A stretch of DNA of 64,000 nt from Neoechinorhynchus agilis (GCA_051530055.1 CM121342.1:3719489-3783488); one strand, 5' to 3'. Shown: positions 38,076 through 52,368, counted from the stretch's first letter. Notes: a model not told the origin generated them from the sequence alone. Numbers and translations: made by a program.

Positions 38076-40972
38076 ATTATGTAAGAAAACTCCTTTTTGT
38101 ACTTTTTCGTCCATTTCACTTTAAACCACTTTAACGAATCATTAATTTCTGTCCTTTTCGAAATTCACTTTATCAAATGATAGAGGAATCACCAACCAGT
38201 ACGCAAAACCTTTATAATTCTTATAAAAAGAGCAGGGTTTCGAGTAACTTTAATTATAGGAAGAAAAAACCCAACAAAACGCCAAGGACGCTTTAGAACT
38301 TTAATTGGTGCTAATTTTAAGTGCTGGCCTGTTTGCATTTGAATCCCAAATTAAATTTTGCCTTTATTTATGTAAAGTTTGGCTTTTTACAGCTCTTTTT
38401 TTTAAATATCACATCGGAAAGTATATAATCTTGAAAAAGATGCTACGACGCAGCCTGTAGCATTCTAGAAAAGAAGACGCCAAATCTAAAAAAGTCAGTG
38501 AAATCGGACCAATGACAATCGAATTGATATTTGTTTTTAATACTTAATTCAGGTCGCTTCCAAATTTTAAAATAGTTTTACGGTAATCGCGACTGTTTCT
38601 CAATAAACTTAATCCTTTCACTGACTGTTTTTTATTGGTAATCTCGATTAGTTTTAACGGTCTCTCAAAGACGGTCGACTAAAAAAATCCCTATTTTGCT
38701 CGGTAATATAAATACTTTCATCTTGTGAAACCCAATAACCGAATGTAAGTATAAGTCGTTTTTTTGTCGATCAAAACGCATTCGAGTTGTTTCGTATTTA
38801 AGGTGAATATTGAGATTTTTGCGGGTTTTTATGGCAATGGAGACTTGTAATTGCAAGGGAACATAACTACATCCAAATTCATCGTTTGCTCGAGGTCGTC
38901 TATGTCAATTATCCCTTAATTGAATTATTTCATTATATTCCTTTGTTCCATTGATCGAAGATTCGTATTTGAGTATTTGAATTCGATAAATGATGACTCC
39001 GAGGCATCAAACTCAATTGATTAGGGGTTTTTGAAAAGTTATGGAGTTTAATCGCTATCAATTTTCGATTAAAGACTTCATTCAAAGTGAACGAAGGGAA
39101 TTCACAGTGCGATGTTTCCAGGCCAAAACGTCTTCGTTTTATATTGATGTTGCAATGCTGATATTAGTCTTCAGCAGCGTTTATTTCAGCTTCCGTGGAG
39201 CATTTTCGTTTCGAAGATTGGAGGAACTTGCCCGCGACCGCGTTTTTATATGACTCAAATGGATTTGGCAGATCCGTACTTTTGATATCCAAATTTGCAT
39301 CAATAACATCGATATCCTCTTCGATTATTGAGTTGATCGACAGTAAATTAAATAATTTGCAAAGAGTTTCAATATCAGTGTCGAATATTATTAAGCTGAT
39401 CGACAGCGAATTAAATAATCGGCAGTTTCAATATCAGCGTCAAAGATATTCTTATCTACAAAAAGAGTAAAACGTTACATGAAAAGTGAAAACGATCATT
39501 GTTTTAGTTGAAAGATGCAGTTTATCTCGATAATTTCGAGCTTATTAAGTTTTTGCAACATCTAAGTAATATCGATTTTTATTGGAAAGTTTGAAAATTT
39601 GCTACTATTTTTTGTAATTTTAAAAATTGCATTAAATTTTTCTCTTTCCTCATCTTTTCTTATTCAAAATTTATGCAATTTACTTTGTTCATCAATCCTA
39701 AGTAAAATTCTTTGCATCAATGATTATTTCAATTAATGGCATAGGAAAAATCTAAATTTTAATTTTAGAATTCTTTAGGACGGATTCTCTATTAATATTT
39801 AAAGCACAACCAATCAAAACGCAGAATTTTGTTTGTATAAAGTTGCATTCAATCAATTATTAATTCTTAAATCTTACATAAAGAATTATTTTAACATTTT
39901 GCTTCATTATTCGCGCAATTATTAACTTTAAATCAAGATTACCACCGCTACCCGTTCGTCCCAAATATCAACATGCGATAATTCCCAATCTTTTAACTAT
40001 GCTTTAAAGAGTAAGTCCATCTGATACATAAATACGAATTTTTGGAAGCATTATTTATAAAAAATTTCAATCAAGACATTTCAAGCGATTTCATTGTTCT
40101 AATAATAGAAATTTTGAATTACTTCATTGTAGATCATTTTGGATTTCTATGTAGAAGCTCAAGATCAGGATGGAGATCAATGAGATCGAATTAATGGAGT
40201 TTAAACATTTGTAAAATCATTGCCAAGGAAAAAGATTATGCTATTAAAAACCGATATTCGATGTTTTGTGTTTGTGAAGATTTATTTTCAGTCTCCTAAT
40301 GAGCAAAATATCATTACCATCGCTAATTCGCATTTTACAGTCAATGAATTTTAAATTATTTGGAAAAAATAAATTACTGAGATGCATACAACAAATTTAA
40401 ATCTTCATGCAAGAATTGAATATTTTTGAACATTAATAGTTGTTCATTCTTTTCATCCGTCGTGTTTTCCAAAATTTCTCTTCTTACCGCAAGTTTTAAA
40501 ATCGATCCTTTATTTATCATTAAGTTACATGCAAAACGAAGCTCCATTAAACTCAGCTTTATGCAGTGATCCCTTGCGGGTATTCGTATCTTTGGTACGG
40601 CGAAACAACCGCTATCGAATTCAGGAGTACCAAGAATTTGAAACTGACACTTAAATGCAAATAAATTGATTATTGATCTTCCTTTTTCCGATACAAGGCT
40701 AAAGTTTGCATTTAAATCGTATAACCGATTCTTTGGAATTTAGATCCTAAAATTTCATCCTGTTTAAGTTTTTTAAATTGACACGTTGGAGAAGGTAGTT
40801 GTAATGACAAAGAAAATCTTGATTTCGAGCTTTCGTTAATTTGTGGTTGCTTAGCTACGGCGAAATGGGCCCGTTTACTTTTTGACGGTTATTTAAAATT
40901 TATTTTTTTACCTTTTAATTCGCTCTTTATTTGTTTCCAGAAAATCGAAATTCTAGAAAAAGGTCACCACTT

Positions 40973-42144
40973 TCATAAATAGGATTCTCGATGAGCAGTC
41001 CTTCTTTCCTTAATTTCGTTCGCCGTCCGAACAGGAATATTGCCTTGGAAAAATATTGGAAACACTTCTGAAATATTAATTTCCCGGTCGACATGAACGT
41101 GTCTTTGTGCCCTTTCCAAAGATCCAATCATTGATAGCATAGAAAACGATATCCTGTAAGCATCGATTAGACAGACATCATCGATCGTTGCAACTTCGAT
41201 ATCTTCTCCAGTTGAATCTTTGATAGCTAATCGTTCGGTTTCCTGCATAAGAAGGAAGTTTATCTCCTTTGGTGTTCGACTTCTCATTCTCGGACCAAGC
41301 AGAGCAGCGAATGGTGATTTCGACGGTTTCTTCATCGATACCATCGACAGAACTTCTAATATCGATTTGTTTCTCGCTTTGTAATTGGACAAGAGACCAG
41401 CAATATTCTCACCGACGTATTTCAAAGCCTTAACGGGATCGTGATTCTCAGTCATCATATCTAACAATTCTTGAATGCAAAGAAAACATTTGACTTGATC
41501 GTTCCGTTCCACGAGATTGTCCCATCTCTCATTTATCAACTTTCTGGCTTCGTCGCATCGTTTTTCCTCTATTAATTTCATTACTTCTCCTCGTTTCTTA
41601 ACAAAGTCCAGCGCTAAAGTTTGATCTTTGAAATTTAACTGAGGAAAATCCGAGTAGGACAAATGCTTGGCTTCTTTAAAGATGGCTTCCAATGGTTCAT
41701 GAAAACCTCTAACGATCATATAATTAACCGACATAATGTCCGCGGAATTATGAGTTCTCCATTTCTCCATTATCATTTTAACGTAGTCCTTGTAAAATGA
41801 CTGCAATTTGCAATGAAAGAGATTCGAATACATTTCGTAAGATTCGGATTTTCGATACTCAATGAACTCAATTTCACATCGTCTTATACTCAAGAAGGTG
41901 AAAAATAAACGGTTTGTTTCTTTGTAAACATTTACATGTCCAAATTTAGTAAGCATTGGTAAATTCCGTCTTAAATATTCGTGATTTCGATCATCGCCCT
42001 CCGAAGACAAATCTTTACTTGGTCTTCAATAAATCAATCACTAAGCCGTCACCAAGAATATGAAATCGGCACTTGATTGCAAATAAATTGATTGTTGAAC
42101 TCATTTTTTTCCAATATAAGGCAATGGCAAGATAAAGTTTGCAT
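40973..42144 (-). CDS. GID8-like: GID8/TWA1-like protein, copy 4
   Basis: Intact 345-aa exon. The putative exon 1 has one extra base in a T-run (~42104-42110), which is either a frameshift or an assembly error. Confidence 0.7.
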
Positions 42145-44520
42145 TTAAATCGTATAATCGATTAATTCGGATTTGAGATATCTTTTGAATTTAGATCAGA
42201 ATGCGTTCTTTTTTCATTTATGTTTTGCATTTTGTTCGAATTTGCATTTTGAGCGTCCTAAATTTCAAAGCAACGAGCGTCGATGGCACTTTGGGGCCTC
42301 AAAAAATCCATCACGAATGATAAAATAAAACTTATTTGGTCGGGGAGGGCGGATTCCTGGATTCCTGGATCTCGTTCATCGAAAGAGACGGAAGCCACAT
42401 CGACGTTTCAGAATAAGAAGTTTTATTGCAGGGAAGGAAAGAGACGTTAAAAGGAAGGAACCCGTTTTCTAGGTACAAAGCTTTCTCGAACTTTCCTCCG
42501 AAAACAGTAAGTATCGACGAACGGTCGAAGCCCAATGACGATCGATGCTGCTTTTTGGTGGCTCAGAGGGCGTTTAAAAATGAAAGATAAAATGCAGAAA
42601 AAAGAAATTTAGGAGCGAATGAAGCTGTAATTTTGCGAGACTCAACGGGCGACATTTCATCCTAAATTTCAAAGCAACGATCAACGATGGCACTTTTTGT
42701 GCACCAAAAATCCATCGTTGATAATAAAAGAAATCATTCGGCTCACCGTTTAATAGATTTTAATTTTCGATTTTATCTTCTCATTTTAAGGGCATTTCGT
42801 CTGTTATTCGGCGAAGTGGAACACTCGGTTTTTTCTTGAAAATGCTCATTGGTCCACCTTTAATTTCATGGCTCTCTTCCGCTGTTTCTTTAGCTGGATA
42901 GCAAAATACAAATTATCCGTTGTCGGTGGTCCGAACGAAAACGTCTATCTTCCTGGCAGCCATCGTCCAGGCATCTGAAGGGTACCTTTTGAAAGATGTG
43001 ATTTACAATGCTGAAAAATAAATCTAGAAAAAAATCACTTAAGTAATAACCCATTACGAAGATTGTTTCCATATAATTCGTTCAATTTTTAAAAATAACG
43101 AAGATAATTATTAAAAAATACATTAATTCTATGTTCTGTCTCTCGATTTTTCACCTCAAAACATCTCGACCAAGAAGCAAAGCTCGGAATCTTTATTTGT
43201 TTCCAGAAAATCGAAATTCTAGAAAAAAGTCACCACTTTCATAAATAGGATTCTCGATGAGCAGTCCTTCTTTCCTTAATTTCGTTCGCCGTCCGAACAG
43301 GAATATTGCCTTGGAAAAATATTGGAAACACTTCTGAAATATTAATTTCCCGGTCGACATGAACGTGTCTTTGTGCCCTTTCCAAAGATCCAATCATTGA
43401 TAGCATAGAAAACGATATCCTGTAAGCATCGATTAGACAGACATCATCGATCGTTGCAACTTCGATATCTTCTCCAGTTGAATCTTTGATAGCTAATCGT
43501 TCGGTTTCCTGCATAAGAAGGAAGTTTATCTCCTTTGGTGTTCGACTTCTCATTCTCGGACCAAGCAGAGCAGCGAATGGTGATTTCGACGGTTTCTTCA
43601 TCGATACCATCGACAGAACTTCTAATATCGATTTGTTTCTCGCTTTGTAATTGGACAAGAGACCAGCAATATTCTCACCGACGTATTTCAAAGCCTTAAC
43701 GGGATCGTGATTCTCAGTCATCATATCTAACAATTCTTGAATGCAAAGAAAACATTTGACTTGATCGTTCCGTTCCACGAGATTGTCCCATCTCTCATTT
43801 ATCAACTTTCTGGCTTCGTCGCATCGTTTTTCCTCTATTAATTTCATTACTTCTCCTCGTTTCTTAACAAAGTCCAGCGCTAAAGTTGGATCTTTGAAAT
43901 TTAACTGAGGAAAATCCGAGTAGGACAAATGCTTGGCTTCTTTAAAGATGGCTTCCAATGGTTCATGAAAACCTCTAACGATCATATAATTAACCGACAT
44001 AATGTCCGCGGAATTATGAGTTCTCCATTTCTCCATTATCATTTTAACGTAGTCCTTGTAAAATGACTGCAATTTGCAATGAAAGAGATTCGAATACATT
44101 TCGTGAGATTCGGATTTTCGATACTCAATGAACTCAATTTCACATCGTCTTATACTCAAGAAGATGAAAAATAAAAGGTTTGTTTCTTTGTAAACATTTA
44201 CATGTCCAAATTTAGTAAGCATTGGTAAATTCCGTCTTAAATATTCGTGATTTCGATCATCGCCCTCCAAGGACAAATCTTTACTTGGTCTTCAATAAAT
44301 CAATCACTAAGCCTTTTTGATCTAGCAGTCACCAAGAATATGAAATCGGCACCTGATTGCAAATAAATTGATTATTGATCTTATTTTTTCCGATACAAGG
44401 CAATGACAAAATAACGTTTGCATTTAAATCGTATAATCGATTATTTCGGATTTGAGATATCTTTGGAATTTAAATCAGAATGCGTTCTTTTTTCATTTAT
44501 ATTTTGCCTTTTGTCCGAAT
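42080..44520. repeat. ~2.4 kb duplication, paired with 59930-62370
   Basis: ORFs recur at a ~17850-nt offset (42332/60181, 42890/60740, 43239/61089). Confidence 0.9.
43239..44423 (-). CDS. GID8-like: GID8/TWA1-like protein, copy 5
   Basis: Intact 345-aa exon, with an open putative ATG exon at 44423-44333. Confidence 0.8.
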
Positions 44521-45741
44521 TTGCATTTTGAGCGTCCTTTGGGTGCTTCAAAAAATCCACCGTTAATGATGAAATAAATCCTTCGATCATTTCAATCACC
44601 TCCGATAGAATTAATTTTTAATGAACTTCCTCTAGGAATCGCTTTATCCAATACACATTCCAATATTGAACATGTTCTTCAAAGAACTTTCTTGCTGTTT
44701 CCAAATCACTATGGAATCCGTTTTCTCAGCAGAGACGTTTGTGATGATATATTAGTTGATGATCGTCGATTAATCCGTGTGAATGATTACTAATAAAAAT
44801 TAATCGGTTACTGTTTAAGTTTAAAATATCGTAGATGAATTAAACCAAGGCATATTTCAATTCGTTCAATTTAAACGTTTTGTCTAAAAATTCCGAGAAA
44901 ACATAAAATGTGAAAAATGGTGAAAAATTGTTTGCTTTTGAGTGAAATGCTGCAATCCGCCTCGAGTGCTTCGTTTCTTCATAAAAAGACAAGAACATAA
45001 ATGCGAAAAAGCGTAGCAACTAAAATTCAAGGGTGTTCTGAAATTTTGGTATTCTTGAGTTTTTTGCGTTTCACAGACGATGCGAGATGTGTTTCAGTGT
45101 CACGACTCATGACTTGAAGTCACATGAAAAGTAAATGAACTTTCGTCTTTTTTCTTCGTTTATTGAATAGTTGCTGAAATTTTAAACGTCTTATAGAAGT
45201 CCTAAACGTAGTCCTAAACGTGAAATCACATTTAAAGTTTGATGACTCTTACGGTACACACGAGGCATCTTTTAGTTATAACGCAAAATAGAGGTTGATG
45301 ATTCTACTTGTGAACCCAATTGGTTTTCCGATTTATAAATCTCAAGTTCTTAAAAGTCCCCTTATTTATAAGACTATTTTTCTGGATAACAAACTTGATA
45401 AGTTCACGATTGAATTTAAACAAATTTCCGATAACGTGCAACGCTTTTGATTTTAAACATATATCAAAAACTCACTGCACTTCTGATTGTCGATCATTCA
45501 AGTCACTTCAGATGAAGAAATATTCGTTGAAACTGTAATCAAAAAGGGTATTTCTTGTGACAAAGTCGTAAAATTATGATGGTATTCATCACGAAAGCCG
45601 TGAAGTTTTTTAAATTCGCCATGAGAAAAAATCTATAAATCGTAAACACTTTGGGCTCGAATTGCAACATCAACGAGCCACACTCTGGACGCCGCCCCTT
45701 TTTACGATTTGAAGCGTTTATTGCGGCCTAGTAAAAACATT

Positions 45742-48700
45742 TCACTTCGATAGCCAGGGATTACTACGAAGCGCTTCTCGATTTCTATCACCGTAATCGT
45801 ATAAAAGTTCGTCATTGCTCTTGATTTCTCGTTTAGCGAACAATAAAAGACATAAACGTTCCCTGATTTCCACCGCCCTTAACTCAAGATTGCATTTCGT
45901 CTTACTATGATTGACCAATCTGCCTAGCCTTCCAGATTCAATCGTTGAATCGAGACTAAAAAATCGAAGTAACGCCATTTTTAGCTTGAAAAAATTAACT
46001 CACCAGTAGGATTTCGATTCGTATTTAAAAAACGTCAAGAAACATCCTATTGTTGAATCCTGATCATAGATCTTCTCTCGCCGCTCGCCTTCTTCACGAC
46101 TGATGAGTTCTCCAGTTAATTCAAGCACAAAGTCATTTCGTTGAAATTGTCGCTTTGCAAACACTGAACGGCCTTTATTTCTGCAATGCCGAACATCGAA
46201 CTCATCTTCACAGGCTTTCTCGATCTTGACTTCCAATTCAGACTTTTCAATAGCCTTTGGTAGCATAAAAATCTTTTATATGGTGAAGGCTTTTGTGCGA
46301 CAGTAAACATTTAGTTTTTAAAAAAGGTTTCTTTTTTTTACAAAAATAGTTAGTATCATATATTTTTCTATTAACTGTATGATTCAAAAAAGGAAAGCTC
46401 TATCCTTTCGGAACTTTAAAAAATTCACGCAATGAAATAATGAATTAATTGTATGATTAGAAGCGTATTATTTAAATAATTTTTTTAAGACGTTCTGTGA
46501 ACCTCGCTGGCTTCCATGATCAAATTTTTCGCCAATAGGTTCAAAATGTCTTTGATAAAGAACTCTCGAAGACCTAAATAATACGCTTCTAATAAATTAA
46601 TATATTTTGTTTGGTGATATAAAGATTAATTTATTAATTCCTTTCTTCAATATTTCGTCCGTCTCGTCGATAAAAAAACTGATAGGCAACTTGAAGAAGT
46701 CCGACGATAGGAATGAAATATTGTGAACAGGATTCCATAAATCAATCTTTATATCACCAAACGAAAGTTATTGATTTATTAGAAGCGTATTATTTAGGTC
46801 TTCACCCGATAAATAATTTTTTTAAAGACGTTTTGTGAGCCTCGCTGGCTTCCATGATCAATTCGCTTCGCCAATACGTTCAAAATGTCTTTGATAAAAA
46901 ACTCTCGAAGACCTAAATAATACGCTTCTAATAAATTAATATATTTTGTTTGGTGATATAAAGATTAATTTATTAATTCCTTTCTTCAATATTTCGTCCG
47001 TCTCGTCGATAAAAAAACTGATAGGCAACTTGAAGAAGTCCGACGATAGGAATGAAATATTGTGAACAGGATTTCATAAATCAATCTTTATATCACCAAA
47101 CGAAAGTTATTGATTTATTAGAAGCGTATTATTTAGGTCTTCACCCGATAAATAATTTTTTTAAAGACGTTTTGTGAGCCTCGCTGGCTTCCATGATAAA
47201 ATTAATATATTTTGTTTGGTGATATAAAGATTAATTTATTAATTCCTTTCTTCAATATTTCGTCCGTCTCGTCGATAAAAAAACTGATAGGCAACTTGAA
47301 GAAGTCCGACGATAGGAATGAAATATTGTGAACAGGATTTCATAAATCAATCTTTATATCACCAAACGAAAGTTATTGATTTATTAGAAGCGTATTATTT
47401 AGGTCTTCACCCGATAAATAATTTTTTTAAAGACGTTTTGTGAGCCTCGCTGGCTTCCATGATCATTCGCTTCGCCAATACGTTCAAAATGTCTTTAATA
47501 AAAAATTCTCGAGGACCTAAATAATACGCTTCTAATAAATTAATATATTTTGTTTGGTGATATAAAGATTAATTTATTAATTCCTTTCTTCAATATTTCG
47601 TCCGTCTCGTCGATAAAAAAACTGATAGGCAACTTGAAGAAGTCCGACGATAGGAATGAAATATTGTGAGCAGGATTTCATAAATCAATCTTTATATCAC
47701 CAAACGAAAGTTATTGATTTATTAGAAGCGTATTATTTAGGTCTTCACCCGATAAATAATTTTTTTAAAGACGTTTTGTGAGCCTCGCTGGCTTCCATGA
47801 TCAATTCACTTCGCCAATAGGTTCAAAATGTCTTTGATAAAAAATTCTTGAAGACCTAAATAATACGCTTCTAATAAATTAATATATTTTGTTTGGTGAT
47901 ATAAAGATTAATTTATTAATTCCTTTCTTCAGTATTTCGTCCGTCTCGTCGATAAAAAAACTGATAGGCAACTTGAAGAAGTCCGACGATAGGAATGAAA
48001 TATTGTGAGCAGGATTTCATAAATCAATCTTTATATCACCAAACAAAATTTATCCATGAACAACTTCTTTATAATAAATTAATTTGTTGAAAATAGAATT
48101 TTCGCGGAAATTTTTTAAATTTTGACAAGACTCAAAGTCGAGATTTTATGGATGTTAAGCCGACATTTAATATTAAATTTATCTATTGATTTTTACGAAA
48201 TAGCCATTAGAATTTTTTGGAAGCTCTTTACCCATTGCTTAAAGATTGATTTGAAATAGTAGCAATCTTTAGACAAAACGTAAAATTGATGTTTATTATT
48301 TTCTAACGATCCTAACGATTACAAGTTTAGATGCATCGCACAAAACCTAAATACTTTTTTATAGCGAATTATCAAATAATTGATTTATTAGATAATTTTC
48401 GGCCTTCGCGTAAGCCTTCTTCAGTCTAATTGTTAAAGTGTTTTACTCACATTATCAAATAAATGATTTAATTATTATAGTTCGCTTTAAAAAAAGTAAA
48501 TAATGAACATCTTTACGAATCCTAAATGGTTTTTTGGGAAGAAGGCGAACAATAGCAAAAAAGGAAATTCTAAAAACAATTTAATAAAAAAAAGATGGAT
48601 TGTTGTTAAAGGTACCTTTAGAACGGAGGTAGGTAAACGTCGAGAACGTCGAATATTACTAGCCGACGAACTCTTATCCTTCTTTCTAAACTTTTTTTTG

Positions 48701-48910
48701 TTTTGAAAACTACATTCTCTTTTATCGACTTTATCTTCAGTTCCATCTACAATCGGCCTGTACAACACAATCTGATTTCCTTCATCGGATTCAATTTCTA
48801 CTTAGAAACCAATGAGGCGTTTTAATTGAAACAACGAACTCACTAGCCAATGGGAGTTCAGAAATGCTCAGTCCTGTCCATCTCCGCCTTCGCTTATTGG
48901 ACAGGCGCAT
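45742..48910 (-). CDS. SETD8: H4K20 monomethyltransferase SETD8/PR-Set7 (four exons)
   Basis: ATG at 48910, then a 43-nt intron, IRRSRR..VLK, a 2361-nt intron (48615-46255), KGRSVFAKRQF..ELTGELI..YDQDSTIGC, a 48-nt intron, and CLDSTIESGRLGRLVNHSK..ELLYDYGDR..PWLSK*. Confidence 0.92.
46456..48050. repeat. ~339-bp tandem array with two inverted-repeat pairs per unit, intronic
   Basis: Units start at 46456, 46778, 47117, 47383 and 47721. Inverted repeats lie at 46778-46803/46907-46932 and 46948-46966/47083-47101. Confidence 0.95.
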
Positions 48911-49146
48911 ACTGAATCGAAATTGTCGAAACACTGAGACACTACGAGCAATGAATATCTAGAAAAATAAATAGGAAATCGGCAATATCGATCCTGTTGC
49001 TAAAAATGTTGCTACGTTTCAAAACCAATTGATTCTTTCCGTTCGAAATTCGACTACTTTACGGTAAAATCTTCATCTTAAAAAAAGGTGTTTCGGAGAA
49101 TTTGATTTTTTTCAATGAAAATTCGATTATTCGCGCAAGTAAAACT

Positions 49147-49530
49147 CTATCGATTTTCTTAATTCTGCCCTTGAAATGAACTCTTTTTTATTTTTAAATC
49201 CCTTAACAATTCCTAAATCGTTGCTGATTTACTCCGAATTTGTTTTCCGGAGAAAATAGAGACGCTGTTCGGTCATTTCTATCGATTTTCTTAATTCTGC
49301 CCTTAAAATGAGCTCTTTTTAATTTTTAAATCCCTAAACAACCCCAAATCTTTGCTGATTTACTCCGAATTTGTTTTCCGGCGAAAATAGAGACTCTGTT
49401 CGGTCATTTCTATCGATTTTCTTAATTCTGCCCTTAAAATGAGCTCTTTTTAATTTTTAAATCCCTAAACAACCCCCAAATCTTTGCTGATTTACTCTGA
49501 ATTTGTTTTCCGGAGAAAATAGAGACGCCT
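49147..49530. repeat. ~131-bp tandem repeat, three units
   Basis: ctatcgattttcttaattctgccc occurs at 49147, 49279 and 49410. Confidence 0.9.
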
Positions 49531-49779
49531 TTTATTTCTATGACATTGAAGTGAACTTTTCGTACAAAATATTCGACTTTTGTATGGGGCTCATAAGGTT
49601 GTATTTTGATGAACTGTTAAAATTCTTTAAAGTTTTTATATCAAAAATAAAATCGTTTATCTGTTAGTTGCACTTATGGTCGAAATATTTTTATCTAATC
49701 GAATGGAGTTCAATGTTCATGTGTACATTCTGCAATTAATGGACAATTGAATATAAATTGACGACCATTCTGTTTACCA

Positions 49780-50480
49780 TGCGAAGAAATCGATTTCCAT
49801 AACAAAATCTCAAATATGCCTTTAATGGTGCCGATATTTTCATTCGCTTTTTCATTACACGACGTTCCTCACATTTTTAAGCTTTATTTAAAGTTAAACT
49901 TAATTTATTGATCAAATTTCGATAGATGTAAATCTTACAAATGCAGGAATCATTCTATTGGTTGCTAATTTTAACTTAGTCGGTCTGAATCCATTTGCTT
50001 GATCCACTTTTTTATCCGTCGCACTTTCCCGATCTTGTAATTTAATCGCCCCAAAATTATTCTTCAGGAAATTGTGAATTCTTGTAAGTTCGTTAGATAA
50101 AATTTATATTAAAAACTCACATTTTAATAAATTTCTCTTTTTGATAAGTATTTTGTGATCGGTATGGTCCATTGGACGTTGTTAATGATTTCCGGACGAA
50201 AATATACATGGCTAATTCTAGATAAAATTTCTTTTATTGACAACGGAACATAGAAATCAATGCAGAATTCATGGAATATTCTCAACGGAGATCCACACTC
50301 GTGTTCCGTTTGGAGGTTGTTCGTGTAATTTCCAATCAGCATTTCGAATTGATAGCATCATTTTTTCGGTATTTGAAAATGGTAAACCGTCTTTGGCATT
50401 ATATACATTTTTGAAATCGATAAGACATTCAATTGTGGCATCCTTTTCATTTCAATCATTGAGCCTTATCTTTAACCGAT
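49780..50480 (-). CDS. Probable spliced gene of unknown function
   Basis: Open minus-strand stretches (EKDATIECLIDFKN.., LAMYIFVRKSL..KFIK, IHNFLKNNFGAIKLQ..IPAF) are bounded by GTGAGT/GTAAGA donors and short AT-rich introns. The model is incomplete. Confidence 0.35.
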
Positions 50481-50728
50481 AACTCCTAAGAGTGTTTATC
50501 TGATGTTCTCTTTATCAGAGACAAATTATGAAATATTGACTTTTGAACGGCTGCTCAACTCTTAACCCTTTTTGCTTAATGTCGAGTTATTCACGGTATC
50601 AAAAAATTCGTCATAAGCTCTTTTCGCTAAGAATTAAAAAAAAGTCCTGATTTGTTCAGTTTTTGGTTCAAATGCTTAAAAGCCCCTATCGAAAACTCAT
50701 TGCACTTGGATGATTCAAATCATTTCAG

Positions 50729-51494
50729 ATGAAGAAAGAGTGGAAACTTCACAGATCTCTGTCAGTGAACAGTTCAATTGACGGCGTCTATGATTCTATT
50801 CACCAACATCTCGTAAAAAAGATTAATTCTTTAGGAAAGTCTCATTACACGATTGGAATTTCAGGTGGATCCTGTTTAGAAATGCTAATTGGGATTATGA
50901 GAGACGATGATGATTGGTGGAAACCGGATAAGTGTACATTTTTCTGCTGCGATGAACGTTTTTTAACCCGGGAAAGTCATGTGTCGAATCACGGAGAGTT
51001 CATAAGAATGTTAAATGGAAAAGATATTAAAGCGATATGGCCTGATGTAGAAAATGGAAGTGTTGAAGAATGTGCAGCTAAATATGACCACATAATGACC
51101 CAAAAGTATCCGGATGGTTTCGATGTGGTGTTTCTAGGAATCGGTCCTGATGGACACACGGCGAGTATATTTCCAGGTAAAGGATAGATTCTGTCGATCT
51201 TTTAAACAGAGTCTATTCTATCGCGATGAAATTTGGAGATGTACTGAACGCTTCGTCGCTGTTCACAATTCCCCAAAACCCCCTTTAGACAGAATTACTA
51301 TCACTCCAAGAACTCTAAACTCATTAGTCACTCATGTAATCATCTTTTGCACGGGAAAATCTAAGAGAAATGTGGTCGTCGATATATTTAAACACAATAA
51401 TTTATCTTATCCGATCGCAAAAGTCACGGGCAAGGAAACCTCTCATTGGTTTATGGATAAGGACGCTGCCGGTGATATTCAAAGTCGAAATTAA
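50729..51494 (+). CDS. PGLS: 6-phosphogluconolactonase
   Basis: IGISGGS, FFCCDERF..HVSNHG, FDVVFLGIGPDGHTAS, SPKPPLDRITIT and WFMDKDAA. The central junction is unresolved. Confidence 0.9.
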
Positions 51495-52368
51495 TTTCAA
51501 TCAATGGGCCGTGACACAACCACAAAAAAATCATTATTTTCACTTAGAAGATTAAATTTTTTTGACTTCATTACCTCCATCGGATTATTGGGTATATTAG
51601 TTCGCTTAAATACTTCATAGATACCATTATGATTTTATTGTTTTAAAAGCAACCGGTTTCACTTTATTTCATCGCTATTGTTTTACCAGCTTAATCGATT
51701 TTAAGATTAGGTTGAAATCGCTACTGTGTCCGTATTTAAGATTCTTAGGAGAAAAGATCAGGGAACCGTACGGAGGGGAATTCCACATTCTCTATCCCCT
51801 GCGAATGACATCATTGAACTCATCTTCTTATTCGGTTTATCAAAATTTGAGATTCGTCTAAATTTTCGATTCATAAGCATTCCTTCTGGCCCTTCTTCTG
51901 AATGGTTTCATATCTATGTTTAAATTCTTCACTTGGAAGCGCTTTCAATTTAATATGCCTTCAATCGTCCGTTTAATCTTGAGAATGTCGATTTATTTAC
52001 TTGTCAAATAGTAGAATAATCCAGCGACTGCTTTTAAAGTAATTTTATATTTAATGTTTGAACATTGAACTATTCGGATGTTTGTTTATGGCGTAAAAAT
52101 TAAAAAAAATTTATTCTTGTGCTTTTATCAAGGTTGTTTCGCAAGTTTGTTCCTTCAACATCCCATTGGTTTAACTGGGTTTTTTTAATATTTTTATAAT
52201 TGGACTTTTATGTACTCTAATTTGATTAAGTAATAAATTGTCAACTTTTCATAATTAAACAAGAAAGTTTATGGTGACACTGCAATCCGAACTCATCGAT
52301 AAAAAAAACGATTGATGTCGTTTTATTCTCGGTAGTTTCTAATTACAGAACATTTCTTTACCGACAAT

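Noticed and set aside
38100-40640. Short ORFs in the AT-rich interval after the WD40 gene
   Set aside because: No recognisable motifs and frequent stops; at most decayed fragments with a ~57-bp local duplication near 39335-39450.
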